From: Phoronis australis
Lineage: Eukaryota; Animalia; Phoronida
Length of the DNA stretch: 64,000 nucleotides
Assembly: GCA_002633005.1 (NCBI GenBank)
Contig: NMRA01000273.1
Coordinates: forward strand, 129,555 to 193,554
Direction of reading: 5' to 3'
Positions 13,875 to 24,979 of the stretch are shown one piece after another (position 1 is the stretch's first letter; each line of letters opens with the position of its first letter). The notes below the pieces were generated by a model. The model worked only from the letters and a program-made list of their open reading frames with translations, ran no database searches and was not told the origin of the DNA. The translations under genes and the position numbers were made by a program.

Positions 13875-15525
13875 CAGGGCTCGACATAATGAGCTGCAGG
13901 TCGCATTTGCGACCTGAAATTTGGAAATGCGAGCTGAGATTTTTGTCTGCTGGTATCGAGTCGCAAAATGCGACTTGGAATTTCAAAGGTATGCAAGCTG
14001 AGTTTTTACACTTCTCGGCAGATACCTGGCATATATAAAGCAACTCTTGTTAATCCGACCGTTATTTGGTTGTTGTCAAATCCAAGTTCAAAAGAACAGT
14101 AACCGATATAACCTAGAACTGATATTTTCCTGTGGCGATGCTTTAGTTGATGTTCCCTAAACGCCTATGCCCGTAGCAACTAAACGGGTACTAGGTGGGA
14201 AATTGTGGTTAGCGAACTTTTTATTCTTCTCTTCATCCACCCATCCCAGCAATAGAAACAATCTTGTTCCGGCTGAAACAGGGAATTAAAAACAAAATTA
14301 TTCCAGGTGGCTAAAAAGGGTACAGTGTAGGTGGAAACGATATCCAGAAAATCACCCCTAATAGATGGAGTTTGCCTCGCAAAACCGTATTATTATAACA
14401 TTTCTTACTATTGCCGTCTTTTAATATCTTATTACCGCAAACACTCAGGTTAACGACTAGGCTCACGCACAAGCCTACTCCCTACCTTTGAAGTGTTCCA
14501 TAATAAGCGCTCACTGATCTATTAAGCGTTCCCCCTCAACTTTTGAGAATTTCCAATTAAGCGCCCACAGTTCAGGCTAGCCCCCATCATAGCCCACTAC
14601 TAACGACCATGCGTGGTTGAAAATTGACACGAAGCCTATATAGTGTGTCACTCTCATTTTACGCAACAAATTCAAAAAACGTCTTTTCTCAATATGTGAA
14701 AACCAAATCCCGGCTTTGTTTCATACCTCCGAAAGAAAGTTAACTCTTAGTGACATGCGTGTCGTTTTGTGACTGACCTATTTTTTCCGTATATGGAAGA
14801 TATTGAGGAGCAAACTCGTGTTACCCGATGGAAACGCGCACGGAGTCGAGGCTTTTCATTTCATGGAAAACTAATTGTTGAGTACGCAAATAGCAAAAGT
14901 ACCACATTTTTGTTGTCACAGTGAAATTTGCACTGAATTGTTCCCCACGTATCCAAATACATCATTCGGTTTGGGCATCGTTTCAAGGATTTTTTTCGAC
15001 AGATGTTTTTCAAACGTTCAGTTGCAAAATTTGGGCTGCGTACAAAAGTGGAGGGAATTTGCACTCCGAGTTACTTTGAATCTTCAACGCTTTGATGACA
15101 CCCAGTAGCAGGTGAGACCTGGCAAAATCATGGATACTTTTTCAACGGGCATTCTCTCCCTTTTCACATCCAAAACTTAGCTACTCGAATGCACGTTTCA
15201 GTTAGAAACCACTGATTCCACTTTCACATCGGCAACTTGCCTTGCGCTCTAGAGCCTTTCAATGGCGGTCGTGAAGAACAGTAACGCCGTACCTGCATGA
15301 ACGAACTCAATTTTGCGATCTGCAATTTGTGAGTGTTTAACGCTGCATGTAAGAGCATAATCTAAACATTTCTTGGTGATCTAAAAATCAATTTTGGTGT
15401 GCAAAAGTGGCGGGAAAATTTTGCGACCTAACATTTATGAATGGAGCTAGATTTCGAAAATGCGACCTGGGATTTTGGCTAGGTTGCAAAATTCGACCTG
15501 GTGATTTTAATAGCATCGAGCCCTG
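13875..15525. mobile_element. Non-autonomous hAT-like DNA transposon
   Basis: TIR CAGGGCTCGA ... TCGAGCCCTG. Subterminal GCGACC/GGTCGC motifs repeat at both ends. Flanks GGTAT / TGTAT match at 4 of 5 positions. Confidence 0.75.
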
Positions 15526-18372
15526 TGTATACTAATGGTTTACAGAAAAAAAGCAAACCCCTTGAAATAGTCATGAATGAAGGACATCATGTCCCATTCA
15601 TTTCACACTGCAAAGAAGAATCCGCGGCTGCATAATCAGCTCCGACTGATGAAGCGGGAGAATTTCGATCCCAGTCGATGTGAGAAAGCTAAAATAAATT
15701 AGCAAAGTAAGCCTAATCAAACAATGGGAGAGATTGACATGAGGTTTTTATTTCTTTGTAATGATCCCACTATGTTGTAGTGAATTTCTGTCTATCAAAT
15801 CTTTGTCAGAATCATCGGAAGTCGCTTTTTCGCTCTCATTACTGTAGACAGTGCCAATATGAAAAGTCCCCTACTAAAGCATACCTCATGGGTATCGGGG
15901 CATGGTGTGGGTAATAGATTTTTCACTATTTCTCATATGCTAGAAACCCCCACAACTGCCTGCCAATTAAATATTCTTGGGTATTGGTCTTTTTCCTGAA
16001 AAATGGTGTTATGGTCCATGCCATTATTCATGAAACTAATTAAATCTCACAAAAGGGAAAGTACAAAGTCTCTGAGATTATACACATAACTGCTAGTTTC
16101 TGAAATAATTTTTATAACTCAGTTTTAAAGTGTAGTGCGCTCATAATTACTTCCCTAAATCTTTTTCCGCAAGTGGGAGCGTAAGACCAAATTCTGTCCT
16201 AGGTCTTAAGGCACTTTCAAGAAACAGGTCCAGGTGTTAAAAAACGTCAACTTTCTTCTTCACAGGCATTTTCGATCTTCAATGGCAACTTCAACAAGTT
16301 CTTATCCTTTGCTTGAATTGAGATTGGTTATTATAACGCTTGAGAATCCTTACAGTCACTAACCCACCATGACAAGTTATTTATTGGCATGTGATGAAGC
16401 AATAATAGACCTGTCAGTCCTCAAGTGTGGAAATCATTTCCAATCGGAGTACAAGTAGATATACCAGTTTTATGATAGTAAGTGCCCTAAATTTAAAGTT
16501 GTTTTTTCTGACAGAAGACTCTGGTTTATTACCCCTTTAAATTATTTTCATTATCGTTACGATTATGGTTAGTATTGTTACAGTAACTATTAGTGTACAG
16601 TTATTATCAATATTATGGTACTACATAATCATTTTATTATATTAAGAGCTACTCCGTCAGCAAAGAAGCAAATGCTTTGGAGCAGACAAACTTTGGTGAT
16701 AGGGAGAATTTTTGAATCTTGTGGAGTAAAAGTGTGTGTTCCTAACCACAAACTATTCAATATTCTTCCAACAATGGTATGGTCTGTATTCAACCAACCT
16801 TAATGTTTCAATTGGTTAATTAAAATACCACTATCATGGCTCTGGTCCAATTAATGGCCTGTAATAACAATCTGTTGCCATCAAAGGTTGGGTTATGTAA
16901 CAAGTAAGTGTAGAATGGTCTGTGTGTGCAGTTATACCAGTTTGTGGTTTGTTTTTTTAAGGACTTGTTTGAGACTGCTTGTCTAGAAAGCAGTTTTATT
17001 ATGAATGTTTTCAGTTATGAATGAGTTAATTAGGCAGACGGCAAGTTTTCTCAATTATGTGAATGGCTTTGCTGTCTTTCTTTTCAATGAATGCTGTCTT
17101 GAGTACACTAATTGCAAGCCTGCCTTAGAGAGCCTAGCTTGTAAAATGTTTTTACCATTACTGTTTTGTGTGCAAATGGGCATTGTAGTTGTCTCCCCTC
17201 AAGCAGCTTTCATAATAGTTGTGTGTCGTAATTGGAGACTTTCATCTCAAATGATGGAATTTCTTAAATTTCTTCTAAAAATTAATATTAGATATATAAA
17301 ATATGTTTTTTAGAGTTACTGATGATCACATAATCTAAATATTTGCATGAACGCGATACCCAGGTGTTCATAATCTTCTAAAACATGATTTTTATGGGGA
17401 TTTTCAAATTTTCTACAAACATAAGAATTTTCACACAAATGTTTCTTTACTCTGCTACAAATTTACTGTAGTGTCTGGGATTTTCTTTTAAAAGCTTAAA
17501 TATCAAATATCAAGGTGTACGTTTTTTCAAGTAATACTAGCATCTTTATTGTTGGCAATGAAGCTCTCAAGCTAGAAGGCCTTAAAAGAAAATCCTTGAT
17601 ATGCATGTGTAGTTAAGAGAATAAAGAAGCAAATTTGCAACTTCCTGAGAAAAAGTCATGCTTGTGGAAATTTTAGGACCTTGGTGAAAGTCAGATTGTT
17701 AACAAAAAAAACAATGTCACGTGATTGCAAACATCTGGACATTGCTTTAGTGCACATAAAAAGATTGTGTGTTCATCAAGGATTTTGAAATATATGGTTC
17801 TACAATTAACATTTAGAAATTTTATGCTTGGTAACAAGACATCCTAGAACCAGCCTTAATTGAAACCGTGAACTCCTGACTTCAAATTCCAGTTTTGGTG
17901 TATTCTTTAGGCAAACAAAGTTTTTCCTCGGTGCATCATGAAATAACCACATGCACTACCTGTAAAAACGGAGGGACCCAGACCCATGGGTTGCATGTCA
18001 ATGTTTCCATTATTCAAATTTGAAAACTGGTTCATGAAATGCAGGACCCTTGTACCTGACTATTATGGTTGCCACAGTCTTATCTTAGACTCTACTAAGT
18101 GTCCACTTTGGGTCATTGTTATCATTCACCTAGTTGCTAGTATTATTAGACAAGGGTTTGATTCCACAGGATTTCTGGATTTCCAGTGTTGCAAGTCTTC
18201 AAGGACTCCTACATTCCCGGGAGGATATTGTAAGTCCGGCACTCAAATGTACAGTGACAAGATAGTGTAATAAGGGTTTCCTTTCAAGACTGAATTTAGT
18301 AGCTTCATTCTTGGCTGTTGGTATCCTCGAGAAAGAGTTTTAAATAGCTTCAAACCATTTGTTTATTTCCAG

Positions 18373-18478
18373 ACAGTGGGGGCAGCATTTATGAGGGGAC
18401 CGACCCAGGACTTCAAAACATCAAAGTGCAGACTTCCGTACCTCAGGCGGGAGTCATGTATTAACTCATCGCGACCAG
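18373..18478 (+). other. Candidate host exon (unverified)
   Basis: Acceptor TTATTTCCAG and strong donor CAG|GTAAGA flank a locally GC-rich 106-bp segment. One frame is open (TVGAAFMRGPTQDFKTSKCRLPYLRRESCINSSRP). No recognisable homology. Confidence 0.3.
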
Positions 18479-19649
18479 GTAAGATTCATTTCTGTGTACA
18501 CAGTGCAAAGTGGCTGGTGGCTGAGAATGATAAAGCTATCATTTCTTGGAAAACAGTTTCCATTCGTGGCAAAGTCATGAGAAATGAGAAAGGTAAAACT
18601 TCCATTCTATGGTTCATCAGTTCAAGAAATGTACCTCTACAATAGGACAGCTTGAAAGCAGCTTATGAGAAAATCCTATTATAGATAGCAATCAGAAAAG
18701 TCACATTGCATAACAAATCACTTAAGGGTGCCACAGTCTGACCCTTTACATTAAACAGATACATATTTAAGAGACCTCTGTTTACCCCCTGACATTCATC
18801 TTGGATTAAAGTAGGCAGTGATTAATGCCTAGTGAAGAGATCGCCCACCCAGACCCCATGTCCCATTGCATAACTTTCTACCCATCACTCAACTCTCTTA
18901 TCAGATTCAGCCTACTAATGGCAGACCTGTCTGTTTGTTAATAGATGTTGCCTAAAAGTACCTTTCTCACTCTCTAGTCCTCATTGTCTTACACTAAATG
19001 TTATGTAATAAGCTGGGGGTATCTACCCTCTGATCAACTTGCCTTAGCTGTTGTAGTTTGCTATGGTTGAACCTGTTGAGTTTCTCCGAAGACTTTGATG
19101 GATGATTTTTCTGACATGTACTTCCTTTGTATGCCCCAATGAACAAAAGTTGCATAATACAAGTGACATTGATTGTCTTCTGGTTTGTATCTCCATGGAT
19201 ACAAACACCCTTGAGTTATCTCAACCAGTTCAAGATTTTTAAACCTGATGATTACCTGTAGCTGTGGAATGGGTATCTTGTAGTACATGCCAGTAATTAT
19301 GTTGCTGGATACGAAATGCCAGCAGAAAATTGTATTGTAGTCTGCTTCAAGTGTTTAACTTTAAATTTTGGTAACAATTAATGTACCTCACATTCTATGT
19401 GGAGTTCTTCCTACCCCAACGCCACTCGTTAATTCCTCAGTAGGTTAATTTAAATTTAAACCCTCATTTTGCCCTGTTAAGTTGGCTTAAAAACAAAAAT
19501 TAAATTAAACAAAAATTAAATTGAACGTTTTACTCCTATGAAATGAGCATCATCATACTCTTGCCATAGGACTCTATTTCTGTTATTAACGGAAATAGAA
19601 TTCTGTCACAGAAAGAAATATTACGAGACTGATTTTTTGAGAGTAAAAA

Positions 19650-20115
19650 GACTAGAGTGCAGGATTGAGTTGTTACCAGAGTGCAAGGTAGAGTTTTGAC
19701 CAGAGTGCACGGTTGAGTTGTGACCAGGGTGCAGGTTGAGTTGTGACCAGAGTGCAGGGTTGAATTGCGACCAGAGTGCACAGTTGAGTTGTGACTAGAG
19801 TGCTGGGTTGAGTTGCGACCAGAGTGCAGGTTGAGTTGTGACCAGAGTGCAGGGTTGGGTTGCGACCAGAGTGCACGGTTGAGTTGTGACCAGAGTGCAG
19901 GGTTGAGTTGCGACCAGAGTGTACGGTTGAGTTGTGACTAGAGTGCTGGGTTGAGTTGTGACCAGAATGCAGGGTTGAGTTGTGACTAGAGTTTAGGGTT
20001 GAGTTGTGACCAGAGTGCAAGGTTGAGTTGTGACTAGAGTGCAGAGTTGAATTGTGACTAGATTACGGGTTGAGTTGTGACTAGAGTGCTGGGTTGAGTT
20101 GTGACTAGAGTGCAG
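19650..20115. repeat. ~24-bp minisatellite (GACCAGAGTGCAGGGTTGAGTTGT)x~19, diverged units
   Basis: Direct repeats with substitutions and 1-bp indels. These explain the HSGHNSTL-repeat ORFs at 19536-20020. Confidence 0.95.
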
Positions 20116-20182
20116 TGAATTCAACACCAATCTGGAAAAAGGTTCATATTTCTTCCTTAAAGGAGAAGGCAACCTTTCTTCA

Positions 20183-21378
20183 TGTCATTTTTAGTAAAAA
20201 ATACGGTTTGTTGATTATCCCAGACATACGTTGCAGTTAATTACGGCTTCCCATAATTTTGTTAATTAGTTGTGCCTTACTCCGGAATTGATGTTAGGGA
20301 TTTAAAAATTTCCCATCATTTTGTTTCCGCATTTGAGTTTACTGACTGGGGAACTGTTCTACTGTTGTTTTCGTCCTGGTTTCCTAAATTTGTCGTAACC
20401 ACTTCCCCTGGAGTATTCTACAAAAAGTTAGGTTGTTAGAGAACTCAATTCCGTTGGATTTAGGGATTGTTTAGTTTGTGACGTGGTGACGAGAAATTTT
20501 TTCATTAGCAGTCAGTGGGTGGATATATTTTAAAGCTCAAGTTTAGTGAGGCAGAATCCGCACAGAAAGCTGTTGAGAGGTGCGAGGTAGAGACCGAGGA
20601 CGTCTTTGTCCAAATGCATGGTGTGCACTGTTATGCCGACCTCAGTGGAATGCCTATGCTGTTCCCACTGGATGGTGACTTAAGCACCCAAACCGCTTAC
20701 ATCCCGCTGTGTGACTCCCTCGCCACACACTTGACACCTTCTAAATAGTTTCAATACTTTAGTCAAATCCACAATAAACNTGTCATTTTTAGTAAAAAAA
20801 TACGGTTTGTTGATTATCCCAGACATACGTTGCAGTTAATTACGGCTTCCCATAATTTTGTTAATTAGTTGTGCCCTACTCCGGAATTGATGTTAGGGGT
20901 TTAAAAATTTCCCGTCATTTTGTTTCCGCATTTGAGTTTACTGACTGGGGAACTGTTCTACTGTTGTTTTCGTCCTGGTTTCCTAAATTTGTCGTAACCA
21001 CTTCCCCTGGAGTATTCTACAAAAAGTTAGATTGTTAGAGAACTCAATTCCGTTGGATTTAGGGATTGTTTAGTTTGTGACGTGGTGACGAGAAATTTTT
21101 TCATTAGCAGTCAGTGGGTGGATATATTTTAAAGCTCAAGTTTAGTGAGGCAGAATCCGCACAGAAAGCTGTTGAGAGGTGCGAGGTAGAGACCGAGGAC
21201 GTCTTCGTCCAAATGCATGGTGTGCACTGTTATGCCGACCTCAGTGGAATGCCTATGCTGTTCCCACTGGATGGTGACTTAAGCACCCAAACCGCTTACA
21301 TCCCGCTGTGTGACTCCCTCGCCACACACTTGACACCTTCTAAATAGTTTCAATACTTTAGTCAAATCCACAATAAAC
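20183..21378. repeat. ~598-bp near-identical tandem duplication joined at an N (20780), probably an assembly artefact
   Basis: 20183-20779 and 20781-21378 differ by about 5 substitutions and a 1-bp A-run indel. The junction falls exactly on the N. Confidence 0.85.
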
Positions 21379-21913
21379 TTATCAAAGTTTGACTTACCGG
21401 CTTGTTCTCTGGACGACGCACTGTCTTCCTCGCTGGGTGCCGAACTGGGCCTGTATTCATTCCCACTACTCGACATCTTTGCAGGGCTGCGTTACAGGCT
21501 CTGGGCTGGAGACAACCCCAGCACAGGCTCTGGGCTGGAGACAACCCTAGCACAGGGTGAATCACAGCAAGTTACCGGAATTGCACGCTCTGTGGTACGC
21601 TCGGAGGTACGGGTGACATTAGTTACAGGGGCTCTAGTAAGTTGTAGAGGCCACAGCTCGCGAGGCTTCTCGCTTCAAAAATGCACTCCTTGGGGGTGAC
21701 GGCAAAGCACTGCCGGCAATCAACAACGTTTTTTGCAGGAACCTTCGTCAATTCCACGTACATACCTCTTTCGTAATCCGACAGCAGAAAATGCTTGCCA
21801 CATACTCAGTAAATCTCTGCTTTGTACTGTTGCACGGAGGGGTAACGCTGCGTTCTTCACATAAAGGAACCAAGTACGGCGGAGTGTGTCATCTTTCAGA
21901 AAGCGATGCAATG
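21129..21913 (-). pseudogene. Kolobok transposase relic, part 2 (THAP C-terminal half and downstream Cys region)
   Basis: LHRFLKDDTLRRTWFLYVKN, then a frameshift to VCGKHFLLSDYE, then GSALPS (AVPT-like). After a low-complexity linker comes KFIVDLTKVLKLFRRCQVCG...GA*VTIQW. Stops and frameshifts are present. Confidence 0.8.
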
Positions 21914-22387
21914 CAGGCCCTTAGCCAGCATTGCGTGGGTGGTGGATCGAATTTCTAGAAAGGTAGACCTTTGATATTTTGTAAACATCGACACTCAAGT
22001 TTTCAGTAATGCCCTTGACGCAGCTTAATTGTGGGGAAGAGGAATCTGTATCCACGGTAACGATGCCTCTCAGCTCTATACTCCTGAGATAAGACGGAAT
22101 TCGTAGTACCAGAAATGAGGATGCTGTGACGGTTGCTCACAAAGAAGAAATAAAATTCGGAATTAAGGTGATCCACAAATAAAATGTTGTCGCATTACCT
22201 CCTACCAAACTATCAAATCAGGCTTTTTTAAACGAGTGATTACACCTGATTATGTACTCGGATGGAAATGTTTAGTCGGAGAATGACAAGACATAATTTT
22301 TCATATGATTGTATTTTTGTTACTTAAGTTTCTTACATCACAGAATATAAAGCGGTAAGTAAAACAACAAGAATGGATCAACTGAAA

Positions 22388-22427
22388 TTTGAAATTTTTG
22401 GATGTAATAACTTCCTTTGTCAACAAA
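22388..22427 (-). ncRNA. Decayed minimal type I hammerhead ribozyme of a Penelope-like element
   Basis: Minus strand reads TTTG-TTGACAA-A-GGAAGT-TATT-ACATCC-AAAA-ATTT-CAAA. Stem I is TTTG/CAAA, the core is the U3-A8 variant, stem II pairs 5/6, GAAA has become AAAA, and stem III is the palindrome AATT. It lies ~90 nt 3' of the GIY-YIG ORF. Confidence 0.55.
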
Positions 22428-22515
22428 AACAGAAATAAAGTAAAATCAAACACAAAATGATAATTGACATATAAGATATGGTGTAATGAAAATGATACAT
22501 TTTTGCGTAAAAAAT

Positions 22516-23220
22516 TCAGTGACATATTTTAAGAAGTTTTATGTTCAATCCATGAGGTTCTATTGTATTAAGTTAGTCTATCCAATATTGTTCTCTTTTG
22601 AGTCTGTGAGGGGTACTGGGGTGTTGGAGTTTTTCTATTATTTGTACAGAAAGATCTTGAATGTTATGGTTTTTGGAATTGAAATGATTACCTATAGTAT
22701 CAGAAATGTTTTTATGTATTATGTTAAATCTATGATTACGAAACCGAGTTTGTAGATTATGTTGAGTTTGTCCTACGTATTGGATAGAACATTTTTTACA
22801 AGTTATAAGGTAAATAATATCGTTGGTGGTGCAATCAGAATAATGTTTTATTTCAAAGTTTTCATTGGTTTGGGAAGACTGGAAAAAAGTGCTATCGTTG
22901 ATGAAGTTACACATTTTACACCTAGTTTTGTTACATTGTGTGTTGCCAATAGGTTTGTCAGTTTGGTGTATATTGTCGATATTAGTTTTAACTAAATAAT
23001 TTTTTAGATTTTTACATTTTCTCCAAGAAATTATAGGTGGATGAGGAAATAGGTTTTTCATTTGAGGGGAAATATGCATCGTAGAAAGATGTTTTTTGAA
23101 GACGTGGCTAATTCCGTTTAAACATGGATTGAACATAGTTATGAATGGTATTCTATTAGTAGTATTGCCTGTAGTTTTAGTTCTTAAAGATTCATTTCGT
23201 GTAATTGAGCGGACTTTGTC
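22516..23220 (-). pseudogene. 5'-truncated Penelope-like retroelement ORF: RT-EN linker with Cys motif plus GIY-YIG endonuclease
   Basis: RIPFITMFNP..., CNKTRCKMC, DCTTNDIIYLITCKKCSIQYVGQT...LQTRFRNH, IGNHFNSKNH, LKREQYWID*LNTIEPHGLN. There is one premature TAA at 22573-22575; the natural stop is near 22516. Confidence 0.93.
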
Positions 23221-23236
23221 AGGGAATGGGAATAAT

Positions 23237-24063
23237 CCACTGCCGAAGGTGCACTATTTCGAAGGTTCTACTTCGAAAGCTCACTACTTCGAAATGTCTA
23301 GCATTTTGGACTCATGTGTAACTGTCATGCTTTCACATGCAAAAATAAACGATGATTCGATTATTAGCTGCAATTGAAAACACAGCCTGGGTAATAAATC
23401 ACATTGTTTGATTTTCGTGTGCTTGTGAAATTGCCCGCATGTCTTACAAATACGGAAAAATGAGTACGTACTTGCATTTCTAAAACAGTATGAGGTAGGA
23501 ATATTGATGAATTATCAAGTAGGATACATTCATCAATCCCAGGTCAAGATTGCATCATCTCACAGCCTGACAGAAAAGTTAAGGGCTGCTGCGCTTCAAC
23601 CGCACCCACCGGAACTACTTGCATGGTCAGGTCGAAACTAAAATGTAGTTAGTAGGCTACCCTGTCCCTGCCAGTTTTCACAAAAGACTCATTCAGTCTT
23701 CCAAAGTTAAAACTGCCATTGGTCGCCACAGCCCGGACCCGTGCCCCAGATGGTGTCCCTAATTGAGAATGAGTCTTTAGTTAGATTCAAGAATGACAAT
23801 TGACAGTGATTAGAATTGAGCTCTTTTGTAAATAATATAAATCAATGTTTTAGGAACTATTCAAAATTTGAACACCCTTTAAATGGTTACATGATGGACA
23901 CAAATATACTTTATTCATTTCTAACTCATTAGCAGACAATCAGAGTAATGAACTGTAGGAGTTTGATTTCGGAATTGTGGACATTCGAAGTAGTGAACTT
24001 TCGAAGGTACCGAACCTTCAGAGTAGTGAACCTTCGGAGTAGTGAAACTTCAGATATGTAACC
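23237..24063. mobile_element. Non-autonomous element with inverted arrays of ~16-bp subterminal repeats; left end truncated
   Basis: Left array of CACTACTTCGAA(A/G)G-like units (23237-23298). Right array of TTCG(G/A)AGTAGTGAAC-like units (23980-24063) ending GATATGTAACC. Confidence 0.7.
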
Positions 24064-24909
24064 TTGGAAATCTTTTCTGTAAAGTTTGTTGCTGGTGTGA
24101 AATCTGCGAGGCTGTGCACCATTGACATTGATTGACCAGAATATACTTACTTTTCTCTAATAATGCAAACATTCAGGGATTTCTCAGTGCAAGAAAACTC
24201 GGTAGTTAAATGTCTGGTTTTTGAGAAATGACAGAGTAGTCAGTGAACTTACTGTCAGCGTGTACTGAATTTAAAAGAATGGAAATGCACACACGTGTAC
24301 ACGCATGCATGTCAATCCATCCATCAGTTCACAGTCAAATGGACACTGGATGAACAACATATCTGACGATCACTTTCAATTTGAAATTTGAAAATGCCTG
24401 CACTTTATCCATAGTATGTTAGCAAGTACATCAAAGTAGTAGATAACAAACCCATTTTCTGCTGTTTTGTTTTGTTTCTTGGTCGATTAAGGCATTCTGA
24501 CCGCACTACTTTTTGGGAGCTCTCTCACTGCTATGTAGCTTAGCTTGGCATACACATTTACTTCTAGACTCCCTGTGTTACCTTATTGTGTAGCGAACAA
24601 CGCGCCGCGTTCAATGCAGCTGAATAACATAAAGTCTCCTCTTATCATCATCATGATCCTCTCATCTACGCAAACACCACTCTGGCCAAGTATGGATTGA
24701 TAATTATGTGAAGCACTTTACATCGGGAGCAAATTCAAAATTAATATTAACTTGTTTATGATTGTGGTTAGCAGTATTAGTAGCTACAACAATTTTGTTG
24801 TTGTCCATCTATATCCTATCTTATCCTATGGGATAGGCTAGGGCTGGACCCATTTTCCACGGGGGGGTTCGATCAAACCCCCTGAACCTCGGCCCTGACT
24901 ATGGGCCTG

Positions 24910-24979
24910 TTAATGGCATACCCAAAGTGTGCGTGAGACGATAATGAGTACATCCCGGTACGCCGCAACCGCGTGGCAT
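24910..24979 (-). pseudogene. Kolobok transposase relic, part 1 (start codon and THAP N-terminus)
   Basis: ATG at 24979 gives MPRGCGVPGCTHYRLTHTLGMP, the THAP M-P-x2-C-x-V-P-G-C start, ~100 bp inside the right TIR. Confidence 0.8.

Larger units (their letters stand above)
21914..24909. mobile_element. ~3-kb non-autonomous TIR element (CAGG..CCTG, hAT-like) inserted in the Kolobok THAP coding sequence
   Basis: Left end CAGGCCCTTAGCCAG; right end CTGACTATGGGCCTG. Flanks GCAATG / TTAATG form a degenerate 6-bp TSD. Removing the element plus 6 bp restores the THAP reading frame. Confidence 0.8.

Noticed and set aside
15640-15690. CTGATGAAG motif as a hammerhead
   Set aside because: No GAAA directly closes a stem II.
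19536-20020. His/Ser/Thr repeat-protein ORFs
   Set aside because: These are translations of a minisatellite whose 23-bp units shift the frame, and they lack a true ATG start.
20515-21347. Two identical 77-aa ORFs as duplicated genes
   Set aside because: They start at GTG, lie antisense to a transposase relic, and sit inside a probable assembly duplication.
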